From positions 1-53,888 of the IMG/VR virus record IMGVR_UViG_3300030108_000869: DNA of 53,888 bases; one strand, 5' to 3'. A model generated the notes under the pieces. That model saw only the letters and a program-made list of their open reading frames with translations. It was not told where the DNA came from and searched no databases. A program made the translations under genes and the position numbers. This DNA is from a virus. Its lineage: Duplodnaviria > Caudoviricetes. Positions 34,826-45,248 of the stretch are shown here, in pieces. Position 1 is the stretch's first letter, and every line of letters begins with the position of its first letter.

Positions 34826-37800
34826 TTACTCCACTAATTTTTTAAGTTCGTCTATTTGTTTCTGTTGCTCTTTAATAGCTTCAATAAGAACACCAACCAT
34901 ATTTCCGTAAGCTACAGATTTATATTCACCATCTGTTACAACCTCTGGTAAAACTTTTTCTATCTCTTGAGCAATTACACCAATGCTTTTTTCTTCTTCT
35001 TTAGTATAAGAAACACCTCGCATATTCATTACTTTGTCTAAAGCATTATCTATAGTTTTAATATCAGACTTTAATCTTTCATCTGAGTAAGCTGTTATAT
35101 TATCAGAAGCAGTTAAAGTACCAGTAACTTCTACTCCACCAGATTTAGTAGTTAGCTTAATATCAGAATAATGGGCTAACCTTACTTCTCCTGTACTACC
35201 ACTTACCACTATATAGTTTGAAACACTTCCATTACCTATACCACTATCATTTCTAATTAGTATATCTTGATCTACATCATAATTGCTTATATTAAACTCA
35301 CCAGTTGAACTTGAAATATAAGATCTATCGGTACTAGTATTATGAAATATAGACATATTAGATGAAGATGATGAAGAGCTATCAAGAAATTGAAGTTGAC
35401 CAAGACCAAATATTTTTAAATCACTGGTTGACTTATCCCACATCATATCATAATTATCACCAGTGAAAGTCACATCTCCTGTGAAAGTTCCGCCACTAGT
35501 TGGCATACCAGAACCACTACCTCCACCAGGAATATTAATTGTTTTTGTAGCACCGGTTCCACTTGCAGTAACACCATCACCAGTAAAGTTTAAAGTAGTA
35601 GCTGTTGTAGATAATGCACTTCCTGCATTCTGTACTGTTACTCCACCACCACTACCACTACTCTCATCAGCAAATTCTAATTGACCTATAGCAGTTGCAC
35701 CAGAACCACTAATACTTTTTACTTTTAATATTTTATCAGCTGCTATTTGATTATCAGGAAGTATTAAAGTATATTCTTGTGCTGCACTATGAGCAGGAGA
35801 TTGAATCTTTACTCCATGACTATTTTCTGGGCAGTTAAGTGTTATTGTTCCAGCAGTACCACCACTAACACCTTGAATTTCTATACCAGTAGATTTAGTC
35901 GCAAGTTTTACAGCGGATGCACCAGCGGCTGCATGGTATAATCTTGCTTCACCTGAAAAGCCTTCTGCTGCAATATAAGTAACTGGATTCCCTCCAACAT
36001 TTTGATCATCAGCTTGAATATATACTCTTTTGTTCTCTGCCTTATTTTGTATATATAAATCGCCTGTAGTACCATTATGCTTTATTATACTATTGGATGA
36101 ATTATTGTGTTCAATTTCAAGATTTGTTCCTGATGTGCTACCAAATAAAGTTTTAGCATAATTATCAAATACAAAAGCACTTTCTGATTTATCCCATACG
36201 ACATTATAGTCATCACCAGTAAACGTAACGTCACCTTCGTGAGTAGCACCATCAGTAGTAATAATACCAGTAATATCTACTCCCGTAGATTTAGTCGCAA
36301 GTTTTACACTACTTGAGCCTGAAGCCGCATGGTATAACTGAACTTCACCTAAACTGCCATCTGCTCTAAAATAAACAGCAGTACCGCCAGTCCCGTTATC
36401 AGTATAAATATCAACATCTTTATCATCTGCATAATTTAAAATTGCTAAATTATTTGTATAGTTTTTAAGAGTTGTATTAAATGATCCACCAGAATGTGTT
36501 ATTGCAAAATCATTCTGGGAACCAAACATTGCTTCAGCACCGTCAGCAAATTTTATAGAATTAGTTGACTTATTCCATGCAACATCATAGTTAGTACCTT
36601 CAAAAAGTACGTTACCATTTACAGTTAATCCAGTAAGCTCTCCAACTGAAGTTAAACTTGAAGCAGTAACCCCTGAAGCAAGTGTAGTACCTGTTAAGCT
36701 GTCTGCAGCTACACTACCACCACTGGCTGCAGCTTCTAAACTAATTTTTCCTGTAGAATTGTCATAGGTTAATACATAATTATCTTGACCAGAACCAACT
36801 GTTTGATCACTGTCAAACTTAAAATTACCTAATAGTATGTCACCAGTTGCATTAGGTCCATTATTATTAAGAGTCATATCACCTATAGCACCAGTAAGTG
36901 TAACATTTCCACCAGTAGCATTAATATCTACATTACCAGCACTTGAATTAATATCTACTATTGCACCATTTAGTTCAAGTTCAACATCTGCAACTAAATC
37001 AAGAACACCATCTGCTGATTGATGAATGTATGTTCCACTATCACCAAACTGTAATTGATTATCATTACTTAATCTTAAACCATCATTGTGAACATGAGTT
37101 AAAACAACTTCAAGGTCAGCACCAAAAAATATACGACCTGCATCAGAATTAAGAACAAGATCATCTCCAACTTTCAGATCAACACCAATTATAGCATTTT
37201 TAGCTACAGATAATCCACCATCAGTTTGTAGCGAACCATCTGTTGTGCTTGTAGCATCTGTTGTATCATCTACTATTATTCTACCAGTTGCAGTAATAGC
37301 ACCAGTAACGTCAACTCCAGTAGATTTAGTTGTAAGTTTAGTCATGTTATAGTGATTTAATTTAACTTCACCTACAGATCCATCTAATGTAATATAAGCT
37401 GTTGTATTACCATCATTAGAATCATTCATTAAATACAGATTTTTATCATCAGCATTCTGTGTTATATATAAATGACCAGTAGCATTATTTATATTACCGC
37501 TGCCACCACCACTCGCATCATGATATATCTGTAAGTCATTTCCAGCACCAAGTTTTAGAATACTATCAGTACCACCAGTACCAGCATCACCGAGTAACAC
37601 ATCACCACTTACCTCTAATTCAGTAAGAGTAAGTTTACCAGTAGAATTTAATCTCATTCTTTCAGTAGCTGCTTCATCACTAGCTACTTTAAAAACTAAA
37701 TCTGTTTCATTGTTATTAGTAAGAAAATTACCAGAAGCTTCCGCTTGAATAACAGCAGAGATTACAGTAGCATCTCCACCCCCAGATTCATCTGGAGCTT

Positions 37801-40800
37801 GGAAATGTATTGCTCCAAGTACCTCTCCGGTAGTTACTTCAGTGTCAGAAGTTTGTAAATTTAATATTGCACCATCAGAAGTTTTAGCTGTAATATCACC
37901 TATTACATCAAGTTTGGTACTAGGAGATGTAGTCCCTATACCTACATTACCAGTACTACTAATTCTTAATCTTTCAATTAATGTATTACCATGAGGTCTT
38001 GTTAAAAATCGTAATGTACCAGCATAATTACCACCTGTAGTATTTTCTTTTGTTCCTTGTATAGTTGCAAGACTAACAGTACCCGTACTATTAGGCTGAT
38101 AAAGTGACCTAAAAACAATACCACCACCAGGATTTGTACCATTATAAGCAGTGTTAGTATCATAAAGTCCTAACATGGCTAATCCATCTGCAGAGCTTGT
38201 ATTAGCTCCTGATATATTTAAAAGATAATCTGGTGATGCAGTTCCTATACCTACTCTATCATTAGTACTATCTACTTTTAACACAGAAGTATCTATAGTT
38301 AAATCGCCACTAGCCTGTAAACTTGTTGCAGCTACTTTACCTGTAACATCTATTCCATCATCCATTGTTACTAGTTTTTGAATACCATCGTGGTAAAGTT
38401 CTACTGAACCGTTTTCATTACCTTTAAGCATATTTTCATTGTTAGAAGAATTTCTTAGCTGTATTACGTTTCCAGCAAGTTGTAAATTACCACTTCCAAC
38501 ATCTTTTATAACACCATTACTACCATTGGAAAATATTTCTAAATCACTACCAAATTTAGCTTTGGCATTGGCAGGAAACTCTAAAGCATCATCCGATTTA
38601 TCCCATACTACATTGTAGTTAGCGCCAGTGAATGTAACATCCCCATCATGTGTAGCGCCATCATCAATAACAGTTCCAGTTACTTCTATTCCAGTAGATT
38701 TGGTTGCAAGTTTTAGACTTGATGAACCAGAAGCTGCGTGATATAATTTAACTTCACCGTCACTTCCATCAGCTTGAAAGTACTTAGTAAAACTCCCGGT
38801 ACCATCATCATTATATATATATACTTGGCCATCATCAACAGTTTGGAATATATTAAAAGATCCAGTGTGATTTATAATAGAAGAACTACCAGAGACATGA
38901 GATAGTTTCAAACCAGCACCACCAGAACTATTCATTAAATCTATACCAACACCACTAGAAAATCTTAAATCATCAAGAGACTCATCCCAAAGCATATAAT
39001 GACCTGATGTTGCTCCAAAAAACTTAACATCATGCCCTGTATCGTCAACTCCTACAGTTAAACCACCAGTAAAAGTGGTATCACCATTAAAAGAAGAATT
39101 TCCAGTAACATCAAGACTACCTGTAACGTCTAACTGATCAGCACTTTCATCCCATTCCATATACTTTCCAGAAGTAGTACCAAAGAATTTTACGTCATGT
39201 CCTGTACCATCAGCACCAACTGTTAATTGACTTCTTTGAAATACACCATCTGCTGATGCATCCCACATCCAATACTTACCAGCAGTATCTCCATAAAATA
39301 CAACATCGTGACCTGTATCGTTTACCCCTACTGTAAGAGAAGAATATAAATTTATATTATTATTAGAAGCTGAACTAAATTCTGCTACTGTAGTAGCAGA
39401 ACCATCAACACCTCTTACTATTCGTAAATTTCCACCATCACTTCCAGAAGATCCATATCCATTTTCAATTTTCCAATCAGTTAAGCCATCAGCACCCCAA
39501 GTATCATTTGCTCCTCGCATAAGTTGAATTTCAGATTCTGGATTAGTTCCAGTATCAGCATGAACAACTAACTTTATATCACCAGCTTTTTTAAAAGTTA
39601 CATCACCAGTTGCTGATAAAGTCGTAAAAGCACCAGTGCTAGGAGTTGTTGCACCTATTGATGAGTTGTTTATTGTTCCACCACTTACATTACCTTCTAA
39701 GTTTGCAACTAGCGTACCAGTAGCATAACTTCCTGCAGTAGTATCAACTATTGTAGTAGGTTCTACTTGTAAATCTTTAAATAATTTAAACTTGCCACTG
39801 TCATTAGCATCTCTAAATAAACCAGCATATAAATCTTGTGAACCTGAAGTATCATACAGTCCATAAAATCCTATATCTAAACTATCGTCTGTATTATTAT
39901 TTTTAGCTAATTTTATTAAAGGATCTTCTACAGATAAATTTTCTGTATTTATAGTTGTAGTTGTACCATTGACTGTAAGATTTCCTGCTATAGTAACATT
40001 GTTAGGTAGTCCTACTGTTACTGTGCCTCCACTTTGACCAACTTCAACTTCGTTAGTTGTTCCATTAAATGTTATAGTTTCACCTAAAGCTCTAGCTGTA
40101 GCAGTAGTACCATCTGTAATTGTTATAGATGAGTTAGCTAAGTTACTATTAGCAATAGCTGTACCATTCCAAGTACCAGTTGTAATAGTTCCAAGAGTAG
40201 TAATAGAATCTTGGCCAACATAGTTTGAGTCAATATCAATTGCATCATCGCTTACTGAAATACGATTTGTAGTTCCACCTACAGCAAGAGTAAGAGCTCC
40301 ACTGTTTCCACCACCAGTTAAACCATTACCTGCAGTAACTCCTGTAATATCTCCAGGATGAGCATCTACATAAGCTTTGATAGCTTTAGCTGAAGCAAGA
40401 GTATCATCATTTGAAGAGACATCACCAAGATCGGTATCTAACACACCTGATTTTAAATTGTCTACTTCTAGATTTGATATTGTATTATTGTCAGCATCAA
40501 TATTTTTATCAGTGAAAGTTTGGTTACCTGTCAATACAGCTACTGTATTATCAATAGCAAAAGTCATTGTATTGTTAGAACCTGTAGTTGTTATACCTGT
40601 TCCACCAGCTAGTGTGAGTGTTTCAGTATTTAAATCTATAGATAATGCTCCACCAGCATCACCTTGAAAATCTAAATCCTGAGCATCAACTTGTGAATCT
40701 ACGTATGCTTTAATACTTTGTTGTGATGCAACTTTAACTGCAGAGTTACTACTCATGTCGTCTTCATCTAAGAAAGCATTACCACTAATAGTACCAGTAA

Positions 40801-41209
40801 TAACTGGATTTGCTGAAGTAACAATATTAGCCTCAGCTGCTGTTTGATTAATCCATTTAGAAGATGTAGTATCATAAGCTAATACTTCATTATCTGCAGG
40901 TGTACCAGTTATATTAACATTAGCTAGTGCATCTAATCCTGTAAGCTCTATAACTTTAGCGTAGTGTAAAGCTGAATATCCTGTAGTTCCATCTGATAAA
41001 GTAAATTGATTATTATAAGGTTCAAAAGCTATTTTTTTATTATCTGAAAGTATATTAGTAATAACCGCATCTAAAGTTTGTAAACCTGAAGAAGTAGCTG
41101 AAAATAAACTTCCTTGTGAGTTGCTAGAGGTAGCTCCAGTTAAATCTGTAGTATCAGGACTTGCTGGTGTACTATAACTAAAACCTGTTGTATCACTTGT
41201 AGCTGGCAT
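34826..41209 (-). CDS. long tail fibre with C-terminal intramolecular chaperone (peptidase S74)
   Basis: 2127 aa with repeats; YSDERLKSDI..GVIAQEIE..YGNMVGVLIEAIKE. Confidence 0.9.
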   Translation of the reverse strand: MPATSDTTGFSYSTPASPDTTDLTGATSSNSQGSLFSATSSGLQTLDAVITNILSDNKKIAFEPYNNQFTLSDGTTGYSALHYAKVIELTGLDALANVNITGTPADNEVLAYDTTSSKWINQTAAEANIVTSANPVITGTISGNAFLDEDDMSSNSAVKVASQQSIKAYVDSQVDAQDLDFQGDAGGALSIDLNTETLTLAGGTGITTTGSNNTMTFAIDNTVAVLTGNQTFTDKNIDADNNTISNLEVDNLKSGVLDTDLGDVSSNDDTLASAKAIKAYVDAHPGDITGVTAGNGLTGGGNSGALTLAVGGTTNRISVSDDAIDIDSNYVGQDSITTLGTITTGTWNGTAIANSNLANSSITITDGTTATARALGETITFNGTTNEVEVGQSGGTVTVGLPNNVTIAGNLTVNGTTTTINTENLSVEDPLIKLAKNNNTDDSLDIGFYGLYDTSGSQDLYAGLFRDANDSGKFKLFKDLQVEPTTIVDTTAGSYATGTLVANLEGNVSGGTINNSSIGATTPSTGAFTTLSATGDVTFKKAGDIKLVVHADTGTNPESEIQLMRGANDTWGADGLTDWKIENGYGSSGSDGGNLRIVRGVDGSATTVAEFSSASNNNINLYSSLTVGVNDTGHDVVFYGDTAGKYWMWDASADGVFQRSQLTVGADGTGHDVKFFGTTSGKYMEWDESADQLDVTGSLDVTGNSSFNGDTTFTGGLTVGVDDTGHDVKFFGATSGHYMLWDESLDDLRFSSGVGIDLMNSSGGAGLKLSHVSGSSSIINHTGSFNIFQTVDDGQVYIYNDDGTGSFTKYFQADGSDGEVKLYHAASGSSSLKLATKSTGIEVTGTVIDDGATHDGDVTFTGANYNVVWDKSDDALEFPANAKAKFGSDLEIFSNGSNGVIKDVGSGNLQLAGNVIQLRNSSNNENMLKGNENGSVELYHDGIQKLVTMDDGIDVTGKVAATSLQASGDLTIDTSVLKVDSTNDRVGIGTASPDYLLNISGANTSSADGLAMLGLYDTNTAYNGTNPGGGIVFRSLYQPNSTGTVSLATIQGTKENTTGGNYAGTLRFLTRPHGNTLIERLRISSTGNVGIGTTSPSTKLDVIGDITAKTSDGAILNLQTSDTEVTTGEVLGAIHFQAPDESGGGDATVISAVIQAEASGNFLTNNNETDLVFKVASDEAATERMRLNSTGKLTLTELEVSGDVLLGDAGTGGTDSILKLGAGNDLQIYHDASGGGSGNINNATGHLYITQNADDKNLYLMNDSNDGNTTAYITLDGSVGEVKLNHYNMTKLTTKSTGVDVTGAITATGRIIVDDTTDATSTTDGSLQTDGGLSVAKNAIIGVDLKVGDDLVLNSDAGRIFFGADLEVVLTHVHNDGLRLSNDNQLQFGDSGTYIHQSADGVLDLVADVELELNGAIVDINSSAGNVDINATGGNVTLTGAIGDMTLNNNGPNATGDILLGNFKFDSDQTVGSGQDNYVLTYDNSTGKISLEAAASGGSVAADSLTGTTLASGVTASSLTSVGELTGLTVNGNVLFEGTNYDVAWNKSTNSIKFADGAEAMFGSQNDFAITHSGGSFNTTLKNYTNNLAILNYADDKDVDIYTDNGTGGTAVYFRADGSLGEVQLYHAASGSSSVKLATKSTGVDITGIITTDGATHEGDVTFTGDDYNVVWDKSESAFVFDNYAKTLFGSTSGTNLEIEHNNSSNSIIKHNGTTGDLYIQNKAENKRVYIQADDQNVGGNPVTYIAAEGFSGEARLYHAAAGASAVKLATKSTGIEIQGVSGGTAGTITLNCPENSHGVKIQSPAHSAAQEYTLILPDNQIAADKILKVKSISGSGATAIGQLEFADESSGSGGGVTVQNAGSALSTTATTLNFTGDGVTASGTGATKTINIPGGGSGSGMPTSGGTFTGDVTFTGDNYDMMWDKSTSDLKIFGLGQLQFLDSSSSSSSNMSIFHNTSTDRSYISSSTGEFNISNYDVDQDILIRNDSGIGNGSVSNYIVVSGSTGEVRLAHYSDIKLTTKSGGVEVTGTLTASDNITAYSDERLKSDIKTIDNALDKVMNMRGVSYTKEEEKSIGVIAQEIEKVLPEVVTDGEYKSVAYGNMVGVLIEAIKEQQKQIDELKKLVE

Positions 41210-42318
41210 TATATTAACCCTCTCCCGTTAAAATTTATTTGAACGTTTCCTCCTGATGCTCCTCTTTTATTATCTTCGTCATTTAATTGTGCTAACTCTT
41301 CTATAAATAACTGTTTATATTTTTTAGCTTGGTCTTCATCTTGTAAATAATAGAAAGATTCTGCAAGTGATCCATATAATAAAAGCTTTTCATTTTCATC
41401 TCTTAGCCAATGGGCTACTTCAGTACCTATATATTTTGTGCTAGTTGTACTTGAAAATGTAACTGTTTGTCCTGTAAGATTTTGCGTATCATTTGCAACT
41501 AAAGTTATATTAGCTGTAGTAGGACTTGTATAATTTATAGTATCTACTTTAGGGGGAGCACTTGTACTACTATTAAGAGCTATTCCTGTTCCTGATAGTT
41601 CATCACCAGCTACTATATGTCCGCTCCCACCTGTTAAATTAGTAAATGCAAAAGGACCTACTCCATTAGCAGTAGGAGCAGTTCCTGTTGCTTTAGTAGT
41701 ATCCGCTGTAACTGCTTCTGCATGCGTAGCATATTTAACAGAAGGTGAACTTGTTACATTGTATAAATAAGTTGTACCATTAGCAGTAGCTAAATATCCT
41801 GCAGTAAAGTTTGCAGGTGTAACATCATATAAAGCATTTAATGCTGGTAATCTTTTATAATAATGTAGTTCAGCTTTAGTTGGTGTAAAAGCTGTAAACC
41901 CTGCACCAAATCCTGGAGAATAAATAAGAATGTTACCTACTCTTGACCAATAAGATGCTTGTGTTTTTTCTGCATAAATATCATTAAAAGTTCTAAGATC
42001 CGTCTTTTCATTAAACACACGGCAAGTTCTTCCATCATCATCTATTTCTCTTAGCTGAATAAACTCAGTAAGATCTGCAGGAATAGTTAATTCAGTTTTA
42101 CTTGTAGCTCTATTATTAGCTGAAGTAGTAGCTGCATCTAATTGTGTCTTAGAATAAGTAACAGTTTGTTCTAATGCTGTAACTCTAAGTTTTCTATAAA
42201 CGTTATCAGCTGCAAACTTCATACAATCTTGAACAACATTATCCTCTAAAACTGTATTATCTTTATTAGCCCAGTCTTGTATCTTATCTATGAAAGCATC
42301 GTATTTAGGCGTACTCAT
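41209..42318 (-). CDS. head-tail adaptor/tail tubular protein A-like
   Basis: IQDWAN..YRKLR, HYYKRLPAL, WLRDENEKLLLYGSLAE. Confidence 0.65.
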   Translation of the reverse strand: MSTPKYDAFIDKIQDWANKDNTVLEDNVVQDCMKFAADNVYRKLRVTALEQTVTYSKTQLDAATTSANNRATSKTELTIPADLTEFIQLREIDDDGRTCRVFNEKTDLRTFNDIYAEKTQASYWSRVGNILIYSPGFGAGFTAFTPTKAELHYYKRLPALNALYDVTPANFTAGYLATANGTTYLYNVTSSPSVKYATHAEAVTADTTKATGTAPTANGVGPFAFTNLTGGSGHIVAGDELSGTGIALNSSTSAPPKVDTINYTSPTTANITLVANDTQNLTGQTVTFSSTTSTKYIGTEVAHWLRDENEKLLLYGSLAESFYYLQDEDQAKKYKQLFIEELAQLNDEDNKRGASGGNVQINFNGRGLI

Positions 42319-42328
42319 ATTGCTCTCC

Positions 42329-42673
42329 CTAAGTATTTACAAGTAAATGTTTATATTCTGTTTGTAATATATACTTTAACTTTTTCATTTTATCTCTATC
42401 ACGCATAAACGTACCATCGTGTAAATTTATTCCATGATCTTCATTAATTTTAATAGCTACAATATCTGGTATAGTGGCCATCTTTCTAAAACCACTTTTA
42501 TTTTGTTTTCCGAAATAAGCTTCTCGATCTCTATCTAGCCTAGCATTATTTAAGTATTGAGTGACATCTTGCTTAGCTTCCCAATCTCCAGAAGATAAAT
42601 CAAAGCCTGCTCTAATACCTTGCTTTGGATTTATTGTAGCACTACCAAATGTGAATTCGTTTTCTTTTGCCAT
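42329..42673 (-). CDS. conserved virion-region protein
   Basis: QDVT..RKMATIPDIV pattern; AGGA RBS. Confidence 0.7.
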   Translation of the reverse strand: MAKENEFTFGSATINPKQGIRAGFDLSSGDWEAKQDVTQYLNNARLDRDREAYFGKQNKSGFRKMATIPDIVAIKINEDHGINLHDGTFMRDRDKMKKLKYILQTEYKHLLVNT

Positions 42674-42685
42674 CCTCTTCTCCTA

Positions 42686-42928
42686 TTAAGTAGCCGGTTC
42701 TGTAATAGCTATAAACCTACCTGACTTACCAATGTAACCTAATAAATCTCCAGCTGTTGCTGTGCTAGGATCATCTGCTAATCCAGGATTTGGTTCTGCA
42801 TCACCTGTATTAACTCTAATAAGTTGTAAGTGAGTTAATTTATAACCACCGCCTGTTGCTGCACCTATTCTGTATACACACTTTTCTACTGGATATATAT
42901 TTCCGTTTGCTGTTTTTATAACGTACAT
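42686..42928 (-). CDS. hypothetical protein
   Basis: 80 aa, GGAGG RBS. Confidence 0.7.
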   Translation of the reverse strand: MYVIKTANGNIYPVEKCVYRIGAATGGGYKLTHLQLIRVNTGDAEPNPGLADDPSTATAGDLLGYIGKSGRFIAITEPAT

Positions 42929-42939
42929 TGTTCCCTCCG

Positions 42940-43218
42940 TTATTTTTTATGTTGTTTACGTATGGCTTCTTTACCTTTTTTAAATATACTAGCCACTTGA
43001 TTTTTCTTCATTACTTTAGCTCGCTGTTCTCCAACGGTAAGGATTTGAATTTTTCTTGCATACGGTTTATTGATCCTTTTAACCTTAGCAACCGTTGCTC
43101 TGGCGTCAGATGGAGTTGCGAATTTGATTCCAACCGTGTCCTTAGGATTTTCATCTGTATAAAGACGCCTCCCAGAACCTTTAGGTTTTTTTCCGGTTCC
43201 TTTTTTTGGATCTGCCAT
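42940..43218 (-). CDS. small basic phage protein
   Basis: MADPKKGTGKKPKGSGRRLYTDENPKDTV; start revised. Confidence 0.75.
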   Translation of the reverse strand: MADPKKGTGKKPKGSGRRLYTDENPKDTVGIKFATPSDARATVAKVKRINKPYARKIQILTVGEQRAKVMKKNQVASIFKKGKEAIRKQHKK

Positions 43219-43324
43219 TTTTATTTCTCTCAAGTTTATTTATATCAGCTGCAGTTATTTTCTTGCGAGGTGGCGCTACTGCGGCTAATCTTTTTTGTTT
43301 AGCCGAATACTTACTATAAGGCAT
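43181..43324 (-). CDS. 47 aa basic protein
   Basis: read manually: MPYSKYSAKQKRLAAVAPPRKKITAAD. Confidence 0.6.
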   Translation of the reverse strand: MPYSKYSAKQKRLAAVAPPRKKITAADINKLERNKNGRSKKRNRKKT

Positions 43325-43668
43325 TACTTCATATTCTTTTTCTTAGATTCAATTATTTTCTTTTTTAAATGATCTGGTAAATTATGCTGGCGTCCTATTA
43401 ATACTGCTCCACCTTCTTCATAATACTTAGCTACACCGCCCATTGCTTTATAAGCAACTTTACCACCATCTTCATAATTGTAAGCTTTTCCTCTACCAAA
43501 TGCATTTGAACTACCAAACATTGTTTTGGTTATATCTCTTGCAAATTGATCTTTTTCCATAGCTTTTTGTGAGCTTCTTGGACTATAAGATCTTGAGCTT
43601 TTACCAGATCCTGATACTTTACCCATTACAATAACAGGTTTATTTTTTCTTGGTGGTTTAGGTCCCAT
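43324..43668 (-). CDS. basic protein with YxxGGxV repeats
   Basis: 114 aa. Confidence 0.7.
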   Translation of the reverse strand: MGPKPPRKNKPVIVMGKVSGSGKSSRSYSPRSSQKAMEKDQFARDITKTMFGSSNAFGRGKAYNYEDGGKVAYKAMGGVAKYYEEGGAVLIGRQHNLPDHLKKKIIESKKKNMK

Positions 43669-44006
43669 TAATCTCTCCCTGTAATAACTATACCGCCATC
43701 AGCATAATACTTTGACATTTTACCGCCGGCTTTTTTATACATTTTATTTCCAAACTTCATTTGCATCTTTTTTATTTTTTCAACAGAACCAGGATAAGCC
43801 TTATTCATTAGCTCAGGGTTCTTTTTAGCTTTTTCTTTTGCAGCAAGAAAGGTTGCAAAATTACCAGCTTTATATGAATGCATTGTAGGATTTTTAGAAC
43901 TTTTAGTTTTATTAAGTAATTTCTTTTTTATTTCTGTTGCTCTTTTAGCAGCATCTATATTAAGTGCACTTTTAAGAGACATTGGCGGTTGAACACTTTT
44001 TGCCAT
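43668..44006 (-). CDS. basic protein with YxxGG motifs
   Basis: 112 aa, GGAG RBS. Confidence 0.7.
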   Translation of the reverse strand: MAKSVQPPMSLKSALNIDAAKRATEIKKKLLNKTKSSKNPTMHSYKAGNFATFLAAKEKAKKNPELMNKAYPGSVEKIKKMQMKFGNKMYKKAGGKMSKYYADGGIVITGRD

Positions 44007-44020
44007 ATTTATTCTCCAAT

Positions 44021-44050
44021 AAAAAGGAGAGACTAATTAAAGCCTCTCCT
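44021..44050 (-). terminator. intrinsic terminator after major capsid gene
   Basis: AGGAGAGGCT-TTAATT-AGTCTCTCCT-TTTT on minus strand. Confidence 0.85.
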
Positions 44051-44057
44051 AAAAGTT

Positions 44058-45230
44058 TTAGTTAAGTCCGTAGATTGCTCCACAACCTAATGGATTACGT
44101 ACTTCAAGAGTACATTCTTCAACCATCATACCTTTAGTTGAATCACCTTGCTGACCTACATCAACCTCTTGTAGGTTTCTTAGGTAAGCTGTAGCAAACC
44201 ACATTGGATCATAAATCAATGCTGAGAAGTTAGCCATGTCTGGTTTACCGTCTGAAGTAAACTTAGTACTACCACTTCCGTCTCCTAACATATTATCAAA
44301 TACATTAGATAGACCCATAATATAGTTAGGCATAACCATAATTTCACCAAAGTCTGACATATAAACATCAACAGATTGTCTTAATTGACCACCTGCATCA
44401 ATGTTTCTAACTACGCCTGTATCACTAATCATAAGATCAGAGAAGTCTCTTCTTACTTTTGGTGATACCATAATCTTTGTAGCTTTACCACCTTGCTCAT
44501 AAATCTTCTGCATAACAGAATCAATATCAGTAAGTGCTAAACTTCCTCTTGTTGGAGCAGTAGAATCTGAAGCGTTTACGCTAGCTCTTGGAACAGCAGT
44601 ACCTTGATTATCATTACCTGCACCTGTTGTAGCAGCTGAAGGAGCTTCAAACTGTCCTACATAAACACATGTGCTTGCACTATTAATAAATGATTGATAA
44701 CCGCCTGCAGATCTTGCATTACCGTCTTGTGCAGCAATAGCAGCAGATACGTTATAGCTGTGAACCATATCAAATTCAACATCTCTTCGTAGTTCTGTAC
44801 CACGCTTCTTAAGCTGATATGCATATTCGTCTGCAACACCTGCTTGGTCAACGGCACGTCTTGTTCCTGACACAGCAATAGTTTTACCATTGATCTGTGT
44901 GTAGTTACCTAGTCTGGTTCTTTGAGGACCTGACTCTGCAAACTTATTTCCTACAGCAGGAGTTGCAGTACCACCACCAGAAGCTGGGGCTAAGAAGTCT
45001 TGACCTTCAGGGATTCTTGAATCACCTGGAGCTTCAAGTGTGTCTGTTTGCCATTCATGATAAATAGCAGTTGCGGATGATTTACCAATGTCTGATGTGA
45101 ACGGAGTCTCATCTCTAGTAATCATTGTTATAAAGTTCGCTAGGTCTTCTCTTTGCGAGACATTAGCACCTGGGCCACGTGTTGGACCTCCTGGGCCTCC
45201 GGTAGCGCGAACAGCTAATAAGTTAGTCAT
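44058..45230 (-). CDS. major capsid protein (DUF5309/SU10-like)
   Basis: REDLANFI..DETPF..HEWQTDTL, RLGNYTQI, ELRRDVE, YMSDFG. Confidence 0.9.
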   Translation of the reverse strand: MTNLLAVRATGGPGGPTRGPGANVSQREDLANFITMITRDETPFTSDIGKSSATAIYHEWQTDTLEAPGDSRIPEGQDFLAPASGGGTATPAVGNKFAESGPQRTRLGNYTQINGKTIAVSGTRRAVDQAGVADEYAYQLKKRGTELRRDVEFDMVHSYNVSAAIAAQDGNARSAGGYQSFINSASTCVYVGQFEAPSAATTGAGNDNQGTAVPRASVNASDSTAPTRGSLALTDIDSVMQKIYEQGGKATKIMVSPKVRRDFSDLMISDTGVVRNIDAGGQLRQSVDVYMSDFGEIMVMPNYIMGLSNVFDNMLGDGSGSTKFTSDGKPDMANFSALIYDPMWFATAYLRNLQEVDVGQQGDSTKGMMVEECTLEVRNPLGCGAIYGLN

Positions 45231-45248
45231 ATCTTAATTCTCCTAAGA

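Noticed and set aside
34826-41209. DGR target or CRISPR array in the tail-fibre repeats
   Set aside because: No reverse transcriptase, adenine-specific TR/VR pair or regularly spaced repeats; the repeats are in-frame protein modules
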